From positions 573,587 to 637,586 of the forward strand of contig NW_003314304.1 of assembly GCF_000143415.4 (NCBI RefSeq): 64,000 nt of DNA, written 5' to 3'. The notes beneath the pieces are model-generated. The model had not been told where the DNA came from. It worked only from the letters and a program-made list of their open reading frames with translations, and searched no databases. Position 1 is the first letter of the stretch. Each line of letters opens with the position of its first letter. Of this stretch, positions 11,706 to 23,243 are shown one piece after another. This stretch comes from Selaginella moellendorffii (lineage: Eukaryota; Plantae; Lycopodiophyta). A program made the translations under genes and the position numbers.

Positions 11706-12428
11706 ATGGGACGTAGCAAAGAATTAATTGTAGAACTCCCAAGGGTAATGAAAGTGGAGAGGATTTTATTCTCTTCCAACACCAACAATCTCGAGTGTGA
11801 AGTATTTGGGAAAGAGGAGCAAGATGGAGAGTGGAAGTTTTTGGGTAAAACAGGTCGAGAAGCAAGATTCAAGCTCACCAAGCTGAGATTCATCCTTGTC
11901 AAGCCTCTCTCTGGATTTGAGGTATCTACAATTGTGAGTTTCTATGGCAAGGACAATGCCCAAAAGCCCGTGGAGGAGTTGGAGTTGAAATACGTCAATC
12001 CTCAACATGTGGACTATCAAAAACCTTTTAAAGTCGGCCAGCTTTCCAAGGACACTCTTGTCACGAAAGCAATTGTTCGATCCAATCTTCGGTACTACAA
12101 GTTCCGGTTGTGGGGCAACATAGAGTATCCCTGCCAGTGGTGGTTTCCAATGGGACACTATGACCAGGACAAGCCCAACCCTAAATCGCGAGAGTTGACC
12201 ATCAGATACTTTGATGTGAAGAACGAAGGGAAGTTAACGCTAGCGCCTCAATGCAAGTTGAAAGTTTTTGAGAGGACTTCCACTCGTCACTCAGAGTGCG
12301 AGGAATTTGATCTACACAATCTTCCACAAAAGAAGCAGCCAAGCATCCAACAAAAGAAGCTGCTAAGCAGATGGGATTTTGTTAAAAAACTACTATACTT
12401 TGCTTTAAAGGTTTTTAGAAGTAATTAA
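11706..12428 (+). CDS. Orphan 240-aa protein, copy A1 (two beta-rich repeats and a cationic C-terminal helix), function unknown
   Basis: Intact single-exon ORF with upstream TATA and overlapping AATAAA signals at 12457-12466. The frame is conserved in the paralogs, with many synonymous changes. Confidence 0.85.
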   Translation: MGRSKELIVELPRVMKVERILFSSNTNNLECEVFGKEEQDGEWKFLGKTGREARFKLTKLRFILVKPLSGFEVSTIVSFYGKDNAQKPVEELELKYVNPQHVDYQKPFKVGQLSKDTLVTKAIVRSNLRYYKFRLWGNIEYPCQWWFPMGHYDQDKPNPKSRELTIRYFDVKNEGKLTLAPQCKLKVFERTSTRHSECEEFDLHNLPQKKQPSIQQKKLLSRWDFVKKLLYFALKVFRSN

Positions 12429-12769
12429 AAATGTTTATAAACTTAAATCTATCTTAAATAAATAAAATCTTTAATAGTTCAACTTTGTCTCTTCTCTTTG
12501 TCTGATTTAGAGTAGGAAGTTTTCGTGCGACAGATAACATAAGGATATGTGTCTGCTACATAGAATTCTCACCACTAAATTTTACCACAATACGGCCACC
12601 TCTTGGACTGTATGGTTCCTATTGCCAATCATACAATTATTAGTGAAAGACAAGACGTAGAGGAAAGAACAGTGTCCAATTCAGCCCATAAGTGCTGGTA
12701 TTTCAAACGATCCATCAAAACTTCCTCTTTGAAAAGCTTCTTCTTTGTTTCTTGGTCTAATCATCATCC

Positions 12770-14255
12770 ATGGGCTCTCACGAGAAACTTCACGTTGTTC
12801 TTATCCCACTTCCAGCACAGGGACATGTCGTTCCAATCATCTATCTCGCCCGCAAGCTGGCGCTCCTCGGAGTCACTGTGACCATCATCAACGTTGATAG
12901 CATCCACGAAACCTTGCAGCAATCCTGGAAGAGCGAGGACAATCCTGTGAGTAATGGCCACAACATTCGCCTCGAGTCCATCTCTATGGACTTGCGAGTT
13001 CCCAATGGCTTCGACGAGAAGAACTTCGACGCGCAGGCCGCCTTCTGCGAGGCCATCTTCCGAATGGAGGATCCACTCGCGGAGCTCTTGTCCCGGATCG
13101 ATCGAGACGGCCCCAGAGTCGCGTGTGTCGTCTCGGACTTTTACCATCTCAGTGCTCCACACGCTGCAAAGAAGGCTGGATTGGCTGGAGCGAGCTTTTG
13201 GCCGGGAAACGCTGCTTGGGCTGCCATCGAATTCCACGTTCCAAAGCTCCTGGAGATGGGAGACGTTCCTGTCAAAGGTGAAGCTTTGATTGATCTAGAA
13301 GTGTGTTCTAAGAAAACTTGGGATTTCTATGGTGCCAGCGGGAGATGAAAAGCTGATTTCTTACATCCCTGGAATGGAGCTAAGATCGCAAGACATTCCA
13401 CTCTTCATGCACGACGGAGAATTCGAGAAGAACGGGGAAGAACAATCACTGTATCGCTCCAAGAGGATCGCACTGGATTCTTGGTTTCTGATAAACTCTG
13501 TCCACGACATCGAGCCGCGAATTTTCGAAGCGATGAGGGAAGGATTCGGGGAGAATTTCGTGCCGGTTGGACCATTGTTTCCTCTCAAGGGAGAGGCGAT
13601 CGATTCGACTGGATTGCAAGAGGTAAACCTGAGAACTCCGGATGAATCTTGTCTTCCATGGCTAGACAAGCGTGATCGTGGTTCGGTCCTCTATGTTTCG
13701 TTTGGAAGCATCTCCTTCATGACTGCCAAGCAATTCGAGGAGATCGCGCTGGGATTGGAGGCAAGCAAGGTTTCTTTCCTCTGGGTGATACGATCAAACT
13801 CTGTTCTTGGCATGGACGAGGAGTTCTACAAAGGTTTCGTGAGCAGGACTGGCGGGAGAGGATTGTTCGTGAGATGGGCGCCGCAGCTAGAGATCTTGCA
13901 GCACGAAGCAACAGGGGCTTTTCTCACTCACTGCGGATGGAACTCCATGCTTGAGAGCTTGGCGTGTGGAGTGCCAATGCTGGGGTGGCCATCTATGTTT
14001 GAGCAAAACACGAATGCCAAGCTGGTGCTGGAAGGCGAGGGCGTGGGAGTGGCATTCTCGAGATCTGGAGGGAAGGATGGATTTGCGCCGAGAGAAGAGG
14101 TGGAAGAGAAAGTGAGGGCGATCATGGAGGGAGAGCAAGGCAGGAGATTGAAAGCCAGGGCGATGGAGATTCGAGAATTGGCTGTCAAGGCTGCTTCTCC
14201 CGGAGGTTCTTCTCACACGAACCTCAAGAAATTCGTGGAGAGCCTTGCCTCGTAA
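12770..14255 (+). CDS. Family-1 UDP-glycosyltransferase, 474 aa; exons 12770-13277 and 13339-14255
   Basis: N-terminal PAQGH catalytic His, VVSDF Asp, a 61-bp phase-1 GT..AG intron (13278-13338) joining the two ORFs in frame, and a complete PSPG box WAPQLEIL...HCGWNS...WPSMFEQ. Confidence 0.96.
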
Positions 14256-14990
14256 AGAAGATCTTCGCGGGGATACCGATCAAAAACGCTGTCGCGGCAA
14301 CGATCATGATCGTCGCCTATGGCCAAGAGGGCGACGGGGATTCCGCTAAGCAGGTGTTTGATCGTGCCTTGCCCAGAATCTCCTTTGCTGGAACGCGATG
14401 CTCACAGCATATGCGCAGAACGTGCATTTGCATTAATTGAAGCTTCTCTTTGATACCATGCCCGAGAAAGATGTGATCTCTTGGACCGCAATGCTACAAA
14501 AACAATACCTAGTTTGATAGATGCCGAGAATGTTTTTGCAACTAAATGGAATTTAGCAACCTGGACTGCTATGGGTCATGTAAATGCCCAAGTCAGGAAT
14601 ATGGAAAAGTTGAGGACACGATACTAGAGAAAAATCTAGTGTTGTGGAACTCTCTCATTGCAGGATTTGCTCACAATGGATCTATCGAGAAGGCGGAGAA
14701 GCTCTTTCTCGAGATGCCTGAGTGGGATCTCATGTCTGTGAATGCTCTAATCTCTACTCATGGCAATGTCAATTGAGTGCAAGTTATTTTGGATTCCACT
14801 CCTTTGGTGAGCACCATGCTCTAGAACACGATCCTGGTGGCCTACAGTGACAATGATTGCATCATCAAGGCCAAGACCATCTTTGATTATGAGGTGGAGC
14901 AGTGGAATCTCATGTTGTGGAACTCAATGGTCTTGGTAGTTGAGTGGCAATCATGATGTAGCCTAGCAGTTGTTCAATGTGATGCTCAAA
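14240..14990 (+). pseudogene. PPR pseudogene abutting/overlapping the UGT stop codon
   Basis: KKIFAGIPIKNAVAATIMIVAYGQEGDGDSAKQVFDR, WNAMLTAYAQN, FDTMPEKDVISWTAML and KNLVLWNSLIAGFAHNG, with stops and frameshifts. Confidence 0.88.
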
Positions 14991-16838
14991 TGAGATATGG
15001 TATTTTGCCACTCAATCCTTACGCAATAAGATCTAAGTATCCCAAGACTTGATTATAAAAGAGATTTAATATATAATTTATTAAGATTTAAATATAGAAA
15101 GAAAGAGCCCATAAATAAGAGTCTACCCATTAAATACTGAAGAAAACAGCCCATAAATAAAAGTGCATCCAATCCCTTTAGTTACTTATAATAACTTTTT
15201 TCTGCATCATCATCAATTCTTTTTATGCCTCCTTTTATATTGGGATTGTGGGGAAGACTTATACCATATATTTAAGAAAACTTCCAAAGCTTCCAACTTT
15301 AGAAATTCTAGATGACTATAATCTACAAAATAGATGTAATTAATCACAACACCATTTTATGGGTAATAGAGTTAAAATGGGACTTGTATTGCTAATAGAG
15401 TTTAAAATCAATACCCAAGAAACATGTAATAAATTTGCTTATTTACAAAGTTGGGTATGATATTAATGAAACTATCACACCTAGGCAAAATGTATCCTAT
15501 ATGCTTGCTATCAAGAAATCTATCATGCATGTTTTTGTACATCATAACTTAGAAAATAAATAGTTTAGAAGTTTTATAAAATATAAAATACCTACTTATT
15601 TTTCAGGCTTGCCTAACACTGACACCACCAAGATCCATAATGCACTTGGAGAGAATGATTTAAAATGAACTTTCATTGCATACATTATAAATTTATACAT
15701 TAAGTTGGGGTTATTTAGCAGAAGGAAAATGATATGGCTAACTTCAAGTAGAAGTATTTTTGACAAAAAGAATGTATCATGCATGTTGTCATTGGTCTAA
15801 TTCTCAACTTTCCCATTAATATATGAAAAACTATCTAGAAAATTGAAGAGAATGAAGTTTAAGCAAAGTTTTTTGTATCTTTCAACACGAACAGTTAAAC
15901 TAGTGTTATATATCTATATTTATGTCATTTTCATGAAAGATGTCAACAATCTATTATAAAAGGCCACTAAAGACACCCATAGTGCTTTGGTGTGCTATTG
16001 GGGAAACAAAGCAAATCTATAAAAAAGCTAAGTGAATGAAAAAATAATAAATAAAATACTATTATTATATAGTATATTATTAATGAGAGTTCTTTTAACT
16101 CCTCATCATAAGCATCTCGTCAAACATGAATGAAACTACTATAAAAAATCATTGCTATAAAACACATATGTCCCCTTTTGGTTTGTAAAAGTAAGTTTTA
16201 AAATTGATATAATATTTTTTGAACTTTTCGATTATTGTTATTTATTGGTGGAACTTATTCCAGATTTTAACCATCTAGTGATGGAACTAATGCCTGATTT
16301 TAGTTATCTGATAGTGGAATATAGGTTTAATTTAGAGCTTCCTCATCCTCATTTTCATCATTGTTGACATCACCATCATTACCAGCATTAATAACTTCTT
16401 CCTAGTCTAATGTAAAGGTCTCTTTCCCAAGGCATTCTAATTCTCAAACACAATCTATCTATCATGCCTTTTAAACTCTTATAAATATTATTAAATATAT
16501 TCTTCCATCGTTTATACCCTTTGCAATAAGTCAAGTGTAAATTGGTGTCTCAAATGGCACACCTTTATATCAAAGAAGATAATATATTTAGGAAAGATCC
16601 TAAAAATTTTATTATACTTTTAAACTATATATCATATGAAATAAAGCTGGCTATAGTGTTGTTTTACTTCTAGACTTATTTAGCAACCACCCCTTTGTGA
16701 TCCCTTCCAAATATGCATTGACACATGTGTTGAAGAACATGAAAATGACATTTAGATCATCATTAATGTGTAGTGTCAAAAACTTCTCATTTTCACCTAT
16801 AGTTTGTATGGAGTGGGATTTGAGTTTGAAGGCCTTGG

Positions 16839-18060
16839 TGTGAGACACAAATCGTAAGCCCTAAAGTGGAGCCGAAAGGGCACCACATGGTGGCGGCCGA
16901 AGCGAAAGCCAAACAAGCATAACACGTTTGGACTAAAAGCTCTGACTTGAAAGGTTGAGAGCGAGAGTGGAACTCTTAATGAAGTGCTCGAGGAACAAAC
17001 ACAAAGTGAGCAATAAGTGAGTCTCTAGAAAAGGGACACAAGAGGACAACCACAAAACCTGAGATGGAGTCCGAGATGGAGTTCAAGATGGATTTGAGAT
17101 GGAGTCCAAGATGGACCCGAGATCTGAGATGGAGTTTGAGATGAACTCGAGATGGACCAAAGATGGAGTCTGAGATGGACCCGAGATGAAGTCCGAGATG
17201 GAGTCCGAAATGGACCCAAGATGGACCAGAGATGGAGTCTGAGATGGACTAGAGATAGAGTCTGAGATGGACATGAGATGGAGTCCGAGATGGAGCTTGA
17301 GATGGACCCGAGATGGAGTCTGAGATGGACTAGAGATGGAGTCTGAGATGGACATGAGATGGAGTCCGAGATGGAGTCTGAGATGGACCCGAGATGGAGT
17401 CTGAGATGGACCAAGATGGAGTTCGAGATGGAGTCTGAGATGGAATTCGAGACCGAGACTGAGATCGAGACTGAGACCAAGACCGAGACCAAGACCGAGT
17501 CTGAGTCCAACGTCGAGGCCGAGACCGAGTCTGAGTCCAAGATCGAGTCCGAGTCCGAGTCTAAATACTAATATAGACTGTTGGGTGAAAGCCCAAAGCA
17601 ATCGTCCCCCAGGGGGGGAGAGGAGCTGCAGGGGGTTCCAAAAGTATAGTAGGGAGAGTATGGGGGTGTGAAGCCCAGTGGAGCTAGTTTGGCCAGGAAA
17701 GGCCAATTTGGCCCAGGAAGGCTATACTTAGCTGTTGGGTGATGGGATGACCACTGGGAAGTCAAAGGCTAGAGTGAATACAGACTGACAAATGGGGTAA
17801 CTTGGTGAAGTGTTCAAAAGCCAGCTTTAGTTCCCCTGGGAGATTGAATGGTCAATGCTCCCAGTCCAAGCATGGGTGGCACTACCTACTTGGATACTTG
17901 GTGTGGCTCAATGGAACCTCACTCTAAGCCCATGGCTAAAGCACCCAAAGGCGAAAGGCGGGGAGAGTACCCAAGAGGCTCGCATAGGGTTACGGTGTTT
18001 CGAAATATTTTCCCAAAGTCCCAGACTATGGAGAGGAAGAGGAGCAGTCCTTTGGTGTAG
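16839..18060 (+). mobile_element. Truncated solo LTR of a related family, present at this site only in unit 1
   Basis: Starts TGTGAGACAC exactly where unit 1 leaves unit 2 (GAAGGCCTTGG|). The 3' half (from about 17565, GGGTGAAAGCCCAAAGC) is homologous to the LARD LTR. The 5' half is the reverse complement of 55600-56079. Confidence 0.7.
17060..17560 (+). repeat. Minisatellite, GAGATGGA(G/C)-based 11-12 nt units grading into 6-nt GAGACC/GAGTCC units
   Basis: Tandem GAGATGGAGTCC/T and GAGATGGACCC units are directly visible. Confidence 0.95.
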
Positions 18061-18289
18061 TGATATATTTGAATCTTATAGATTGTCTCTTAAATCTTTT
18101 TTTTTTTTTTGTTGCTTATAACTTCCTTCCACGCATTCACCAAAAACCTCTGTAGCAATTATTGAAGCAATTACCACCTTTTTTTGCTACCACTTAAAGA
18201 ATGCTTAATAGTGGTGTTTGTCCACCACTTCCAACCATTTTCTATCTTGTAATTTAAATTTGGTGCTAGTAAATTTAAATTTAAATTTA

Positions 18290-19530
18290 AGAGTGTGCTG
18301 TTTTCCCCAATATCTCCCTTAACAAAGGCAATCAAAGGACATGGAAGAAAAAACCCAGAGACCGGATTCCGACTCTGCAAAGAAGGAACACACCACTCAG
18401 GTTCTAAGAAATTGGTGACCCTGGATGTAGTGTCTATGAACAGAGTTAAACATGTTCCACCTAACACTCGTGTAGATCTTCGAAGTGGGATGTACACGTT
18501 TTCTTCCTGTCCATCTATGGAAAGGTAACAGCAACCGGGCTTCATTGAAGACAAACAGCAGCTTCAACAGTTGGCCTGTCATCTCCATACCAATTCCCAA
18601 AGCCAGGGACCTCAAGAATATAACTCTGGAAGACTTCAATGGCTTTAGTCTCCCATGTCGTCCATAGTTCAACTGAGTACTAGCCTGTATCTTCTTGAGA
18701 AACTTAAGTTTCCATTCAAGTTTTTTAATCCGATTCTCCACCCCCGGCCAAAATCCCTTTCCACCATCTACCGTCATCATGTTTGAAAACACTTGCAGCC
18801 CCCACGGCTCCTCTTTCCCTAGTCCTCCACCCAGCTCCTCAATGCATGCGATCCAATAAGCCAGACAGTAGGTCATGCATGCGAGATGGCCTGCGTAATC
18901 TCCATTTCCCAGTGCCTGCCTTGCACGGCCGAGGAAAGCATTTCTAAAATATGAGGGCTGAGGATAACAGGAGCCAGAACCCAGCGACAAGTAAATGACC
19001 CAAACCTGTTTCCGATGTAACTCTCGAACCACCCTCGACTTACCCCAGCCGCTGGACTGGAAGAGACCAACGATACGTGAAAAATCAGTCTCCTTCTTGA
19101 TCTTGTTCAGGGCATCGTAAAACGAGTCTACTCCACTGCCCTGATATTCCATGTCAAGTGCTCGACCTGTAGCAGCAGCAAACATAAACATTCATGCAAA
19201 CTGACGCACTTACTTGCCAATCGTTAACTCTATGCCATGTTGTGGACTTGTCCTTGTACTGCTACTGCTCCTCCGGTGTCAGCTTGTACCAGCAAGCTCT
19301 ATAGATTTCATCAAGCCATTCCTCGCCGTTCAGCTTCTTGTGGATACACTCCCAAGATTTGAAAAGAAGCGCTGGGTACTTCTCCAACACCATTCTCACT
19401 TTTGATTCCCGCGCCTCGTTGTCTATTTGTTGCAGCGCCATTTCAAGTACATACTGTGGGCCGATGCCTTAGTGTTTCTCTTGGTGCTCTGGCGACAACT
19501 TGTCCCAACTCTCAAGCAGCAGATCCAAAT
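18290..19530 (-). pseudogene. Truncated CR/Crinkler-like P-loop NTPase pseudogene, copy 1
   Basis: Walker A QSSGWGKS, YLSLGSGSCYP, Walker B-like LLFVFNEAR and FIDTTSRVTNF. Frameshifted and cut at about 18290. Confidence 0.7.
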
Positions 19531-19689
19531 ACATCAGCTTCCTGTCAGAAATGAAACCTTTCCGGGCTTTGACGATATCTCATCTCCACCGATCGCATCC
19601 GCTCTTGTGCACATAGCAGCAGCCCGTATGCCTCGTCGCTCTCTTCCCGAATCCTCTTTCGGTCCTCGCTGCCTTTTACCTCTGTCGGC

Positions 19690-20390
19690 CATAGTTGGGG
19701 CTAGGGCTTGTAATCGTGGATCCAGCAGCGTCGACTCATGTATTCCAAGTGTGGAAGCATGGTGGAGGCTGAGAGAGTTCAGGAGCATGCCTTGCCACAG
19801 CCTGGTGTCGTGGATAAGTCGCACAGGATTTGCAGCAGGAAAAGTTTTCAGGGAGGACATTTCATTGATGAAATGCTCGGCTTCTTGCAGTCTCCGACAC
19901 CGTGCGAGGAGATCGATCATACAGATATAGTGATCTGGAGAGGCTGAAATTATGCCCTGGAAATTCTGGTGGCCGTTCCCGCGTGGCTACATGTTGCCAG
20001 AAGGTTGAGAAAAGTGATTTGGTTTGGGAGAATTCCCTCGAGCTTCATCGCCTGGAAGATCTCTAGCGCTGCTTCCTCCTATTCAATGTAGGCAGTGAGC
20101 ATCGCCGTCCAGGAGATCACGTCGCGCTCGCACATGGAATCAAACACGGCTCTCGCGTCTAGGGAATTGCGATCTTCTTCGACTCCACAGCAACCAAGAC
20201 TCGTCCGCGCTCCAGGCTGGGGATCGCCGCACAGGCATCGATCGCCAGAGTGAAGGAAACCTCCTCGACCAAGACTCCCTCCAGATCCATGCGCACAAAG
20301 ATCACGAGGGATTCTGGCGCGCGAATCCACTGACCGCCCCCCAGGAGACGGCATCCTTGCGATCACGAGCAGCCTCTTCAGTCCCACTGC
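19690..20390. pseudogene. PPR fragments on both strands
   Basis: MYSKCGSMVEAERV (+); MIDLLARCRRLQEAEHFINEM and ARAVFDSMCERDVISWTAMLTAY (-). Confidence 0.8.
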
Positions 20391-21429
20391 TCTCCACCTT
20401 TACAATTGAAATGCTGGCCCACACAGACTGCATTAACGAGATTAGAAAATCTTTTGTATATCAAAGTATGTCTATGTAAGAAAAATTGAAGAACACAGCT
20501 TTTAGCTTTTTGTGGTATTTTTGTAAATTTTTGTAACTTCACTTGTAATGTATGCTAAAATACATTTGTATGTTAACCAACATCACATGTAATATATGAG
20601 GTATTCCATCAATTCCAGGATCATCCTTTAACAATGCCAAGCCCAGCAAGAGCATTGACAAGAATCGAGGCAAACATTTTTTCCTGCGCTTCTTTCTTGT
20701 CAGCATCATTGTCATCATTATATTTGTCATCAAGAATAACTATATCGCATTTGTAAAAGTCGTTATAGTAAAATAACATAATTTTAGAAAAGATAAGGTT
20801 CTTATGAATTTTGTTTTTGGTTTACTTAAAGCAAACTTGATATACCTAGAATATATTTGAATATTTTAGAATATTCTACCATTTAAGGGTTGTTATTTAT
20901 TTTCTATAATTTATAAACATGGTTATAATTTATAAATTTTTCTAAACACTTTTTAGTATATTCTTTTTTATTCTACCATCTAATTGTTGACATGCAATAA
21001 GATTAGTCTTGTTTTTATAAATTATATACATGTTTATAATTATAAATTTTCATTTGATCAATAAATAAAAATAACACTACTATTAAGCAAACTAAATGTT
21101 GCCACAACAATTTTTTTTAAACTACTCAGTTTAGTAGTACTTAATTACTTTTATATTTCAATATTTTAAAGTTTGTCAAAACCTTCATTTCTTTGATTAA
21201 GATTTCCTTTATAATACTTATAATTAAGTACATTGACTTGCATTAAATTAACCTAAACTCGTAAACTTTAACTCAACTTTAAACCACCCCAGGAGCTTGG
21301 ATAGCCTTGTAGCTCCTTTCAAGAGGTTTCTTTCTTCCTACGATCTGCCACGCAATCCCACCGGGTGAAAGAAATTCACAAGATTATTAGCAGCCACAAT
21401 AGCTCAACGTTTTCCTTGCGAATCTCATG

Positions 21430-22341
21430 TGGGGACATGGTCTAGATTGGCCTTCAATCACATCTGCCGACCCAATGTCTTCTGCTCTCGGCGATTGCCC
21501 AGAATGGAACCTTGGGACGGCGTTCCAGCATGGTTCGAAGCAATGCCCAAGAGAGATGTTACGACACTACGCAGCTGATGGGAACTTGATCAAGCCCAGG
21601 AACTATTTGATCGAATGCCGAGAAGAATGTAGTGGCATGGACTGTGATGGTTACCGCATTGGAGTGCTCTGATATCAGCTTATGCAGCACACAACCGGCT
21701 TGAAGAAGTGAAGCGTTTTTTGATGCGATGGAGAAACCAAACATTCACGTCTACACTGTGATGATCACTGCGTATGCCAAAGTAGGGGAAATTGCAAATG
21801 CGGAGAGGATGTTTGCTCTCATGCCTGAGAAGGACGTAATCGCTCAAAATACAATGCTCCAAGCGTTTGCTCACAATCGTCTTGTTGAGAAGGCAAGCGT
21901 AATCCTTGACAAGTATGAAATGCCTTGGAACGATATGATCAATTGCATATGCTAAAAAAGGGCAAGCATTTCGTGCAAAGCAAGTGTTTGATTCCATGCC
22001 CGCAAAGAAACAAAACATCGTGACTTAGAACTCAATGCTCTCGCTGTTTAATCTCCGAGCTCTAGAGCTGCTGAAAACCATGCAGCTCGAAAGGATCAAA
22101 CCAAACGAGATAACTTTCATCGCAGCACTGGGTGCCTGTGCTGACGCCGGCAAGCTTGAAACTGGACAAGCGTTCCACGCCAAGATCATCGATCAAGGAC
22201 CAATGCATCCAGGTCTCGCTGGTGAATATGTATGGGAAATGCCGTAGACTGTCACAGTCTTCACAAACCCAAGCAAGCGTCCACGACACTATTTGCTGGA
22301 TTGTGATGATCATGGCTTTTGAAGACAACCACCACTTGCCG
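21430..22341 (+). pseudogene. PLS-type PPR pseudogene, paralog of the 10740-11560 remnant in the opposite orientation
   Basis: YTVMITAYAKVGEIANAERMFALMPEKDV, MQLERIKPNEITFIAALGACADAG and LVNMYGKC. Confidence 0.88.
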
Positions 22342-22532
22342 GTCGTGTGCTTCATGAGCACCCCAAAAAACCAGATTTCTCTCCTGTCAAGCAACTCTAT
22401 TTCGCGATCAAAGTCCCCTTTCTGGGTTGACCCCGGAGCAGCCCAGCGAAGAAAGAAACCTCTCGAAAGGAAGCTACCTTTTGTGAAACTTCTATTTAAG
22501 AGTTCCAAGAATTAGGGTTTGATAGGATTCTT

Positions 22533-23243
22533 ATGGGTCATACCAAAGAATTAGTTGTAGAACTCCCAAGGGTAATGAACGTGGAGAAGATTTTATTCTC
22601 TTCCAACACCAACAATCTAGAGTGTGAAGTATTTGGGAAAGAGGATCAAGACGGAGAGTGGAAGTTTTTGGGTAAAACAGGTCGAGAAGCAAGATTCAAG
22701 CTCACCAAGCTGAGATTCATTCTTGTCAAGCCTCTCTCTGGATTTGAGGTATCTACGATTGTGAGTTTTTATAGCAAGGACAATGCCCAGAAGCCTGTGG
22801 AGGAGTTAGAGTTGAAATACATTAATCCTCAAAAGGTGGACTATCAAAATCCTTTTAAAGTTGGCCAGCTTTCCAAGGACACTCTTGTCACGAAAGCAAT
22901 TGTTCGATCCAATCTCCGGTATTACAAATTCCGGTTGTGGGGCAACATAGAGTATCCCTGCCAGTGGTGGTTTCCAATGGGAGACTACGACCAGGACGAG
23001 CCCAACCCTAGAACGCGAGAGTTGACCATCAGATACTTTGATGTGAAGAATGAGGGGAAGGTAACGCTAGCACCTCAATGCAAGTTGATTGTTTTTGAGA
23101 GGACTTCCACTGAGGAATTTGATCTACATAATCTTCCACAAAAGAAGCAGTCAAATAGAAAGGGTTCTGATAAAAAACTATCTAAACTCTCTAATCTGAG
23201 CATAAAAGTTTTAAAGGCCTTAAAAGTTGTTAAAAGGAATTAG
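22533..23243 (+). CDS. Orphan 236-aa protein, paralog B1
   Basis: Intact ORF closely similar to 11706-12428, with an in-frame 5-aa deletion and a divergent but still cationic C-terminus. AATAAA lies downstream. Confidence 0.85.
   Translation: MGHTKELVVELPRVMNVEKILFSSNTNNLECEVFGKEDQDGEWKFLGKTGREARFKLTKLRFILVKPLSGFEVSTIVSFYSKDNAQKPVEELELKYINPQKVDYQNPFKVGQLSKDTLVTKAIVRSNLRYYKFRLWGNIEYPCQWWFPMGDYDQDEPNPRTRELTIRYFDVKNEGKVTLAPQCKLIVFERTSTEEFDLHNLPQKKQSNRKGSDKKLSKLSNLSIKVLKALKVVKRN

Noticed and set aside
13329-14255. Separate 308-aa gene starting at MVPAG
   Set aside because: It is exon 2 of the UGT; that ATG lies in the intron 13278-13338.
15000-16830. AT-rich region as a DNA transposon or Helitron relic (also 45100-47040, 48230-49260)
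   Set aside because: No terminal repeats or recognisable transposase motifs could be identified by eye.
17025-17706. ORFs encoding (EMES)n, (SISD)n and (LGL)n repeats, or a CRISPR-like array
   Set aside because: Translations of a minisatellite inside an LTR. There are no unique spacers and no cas genes, and the context is eukaryotic.
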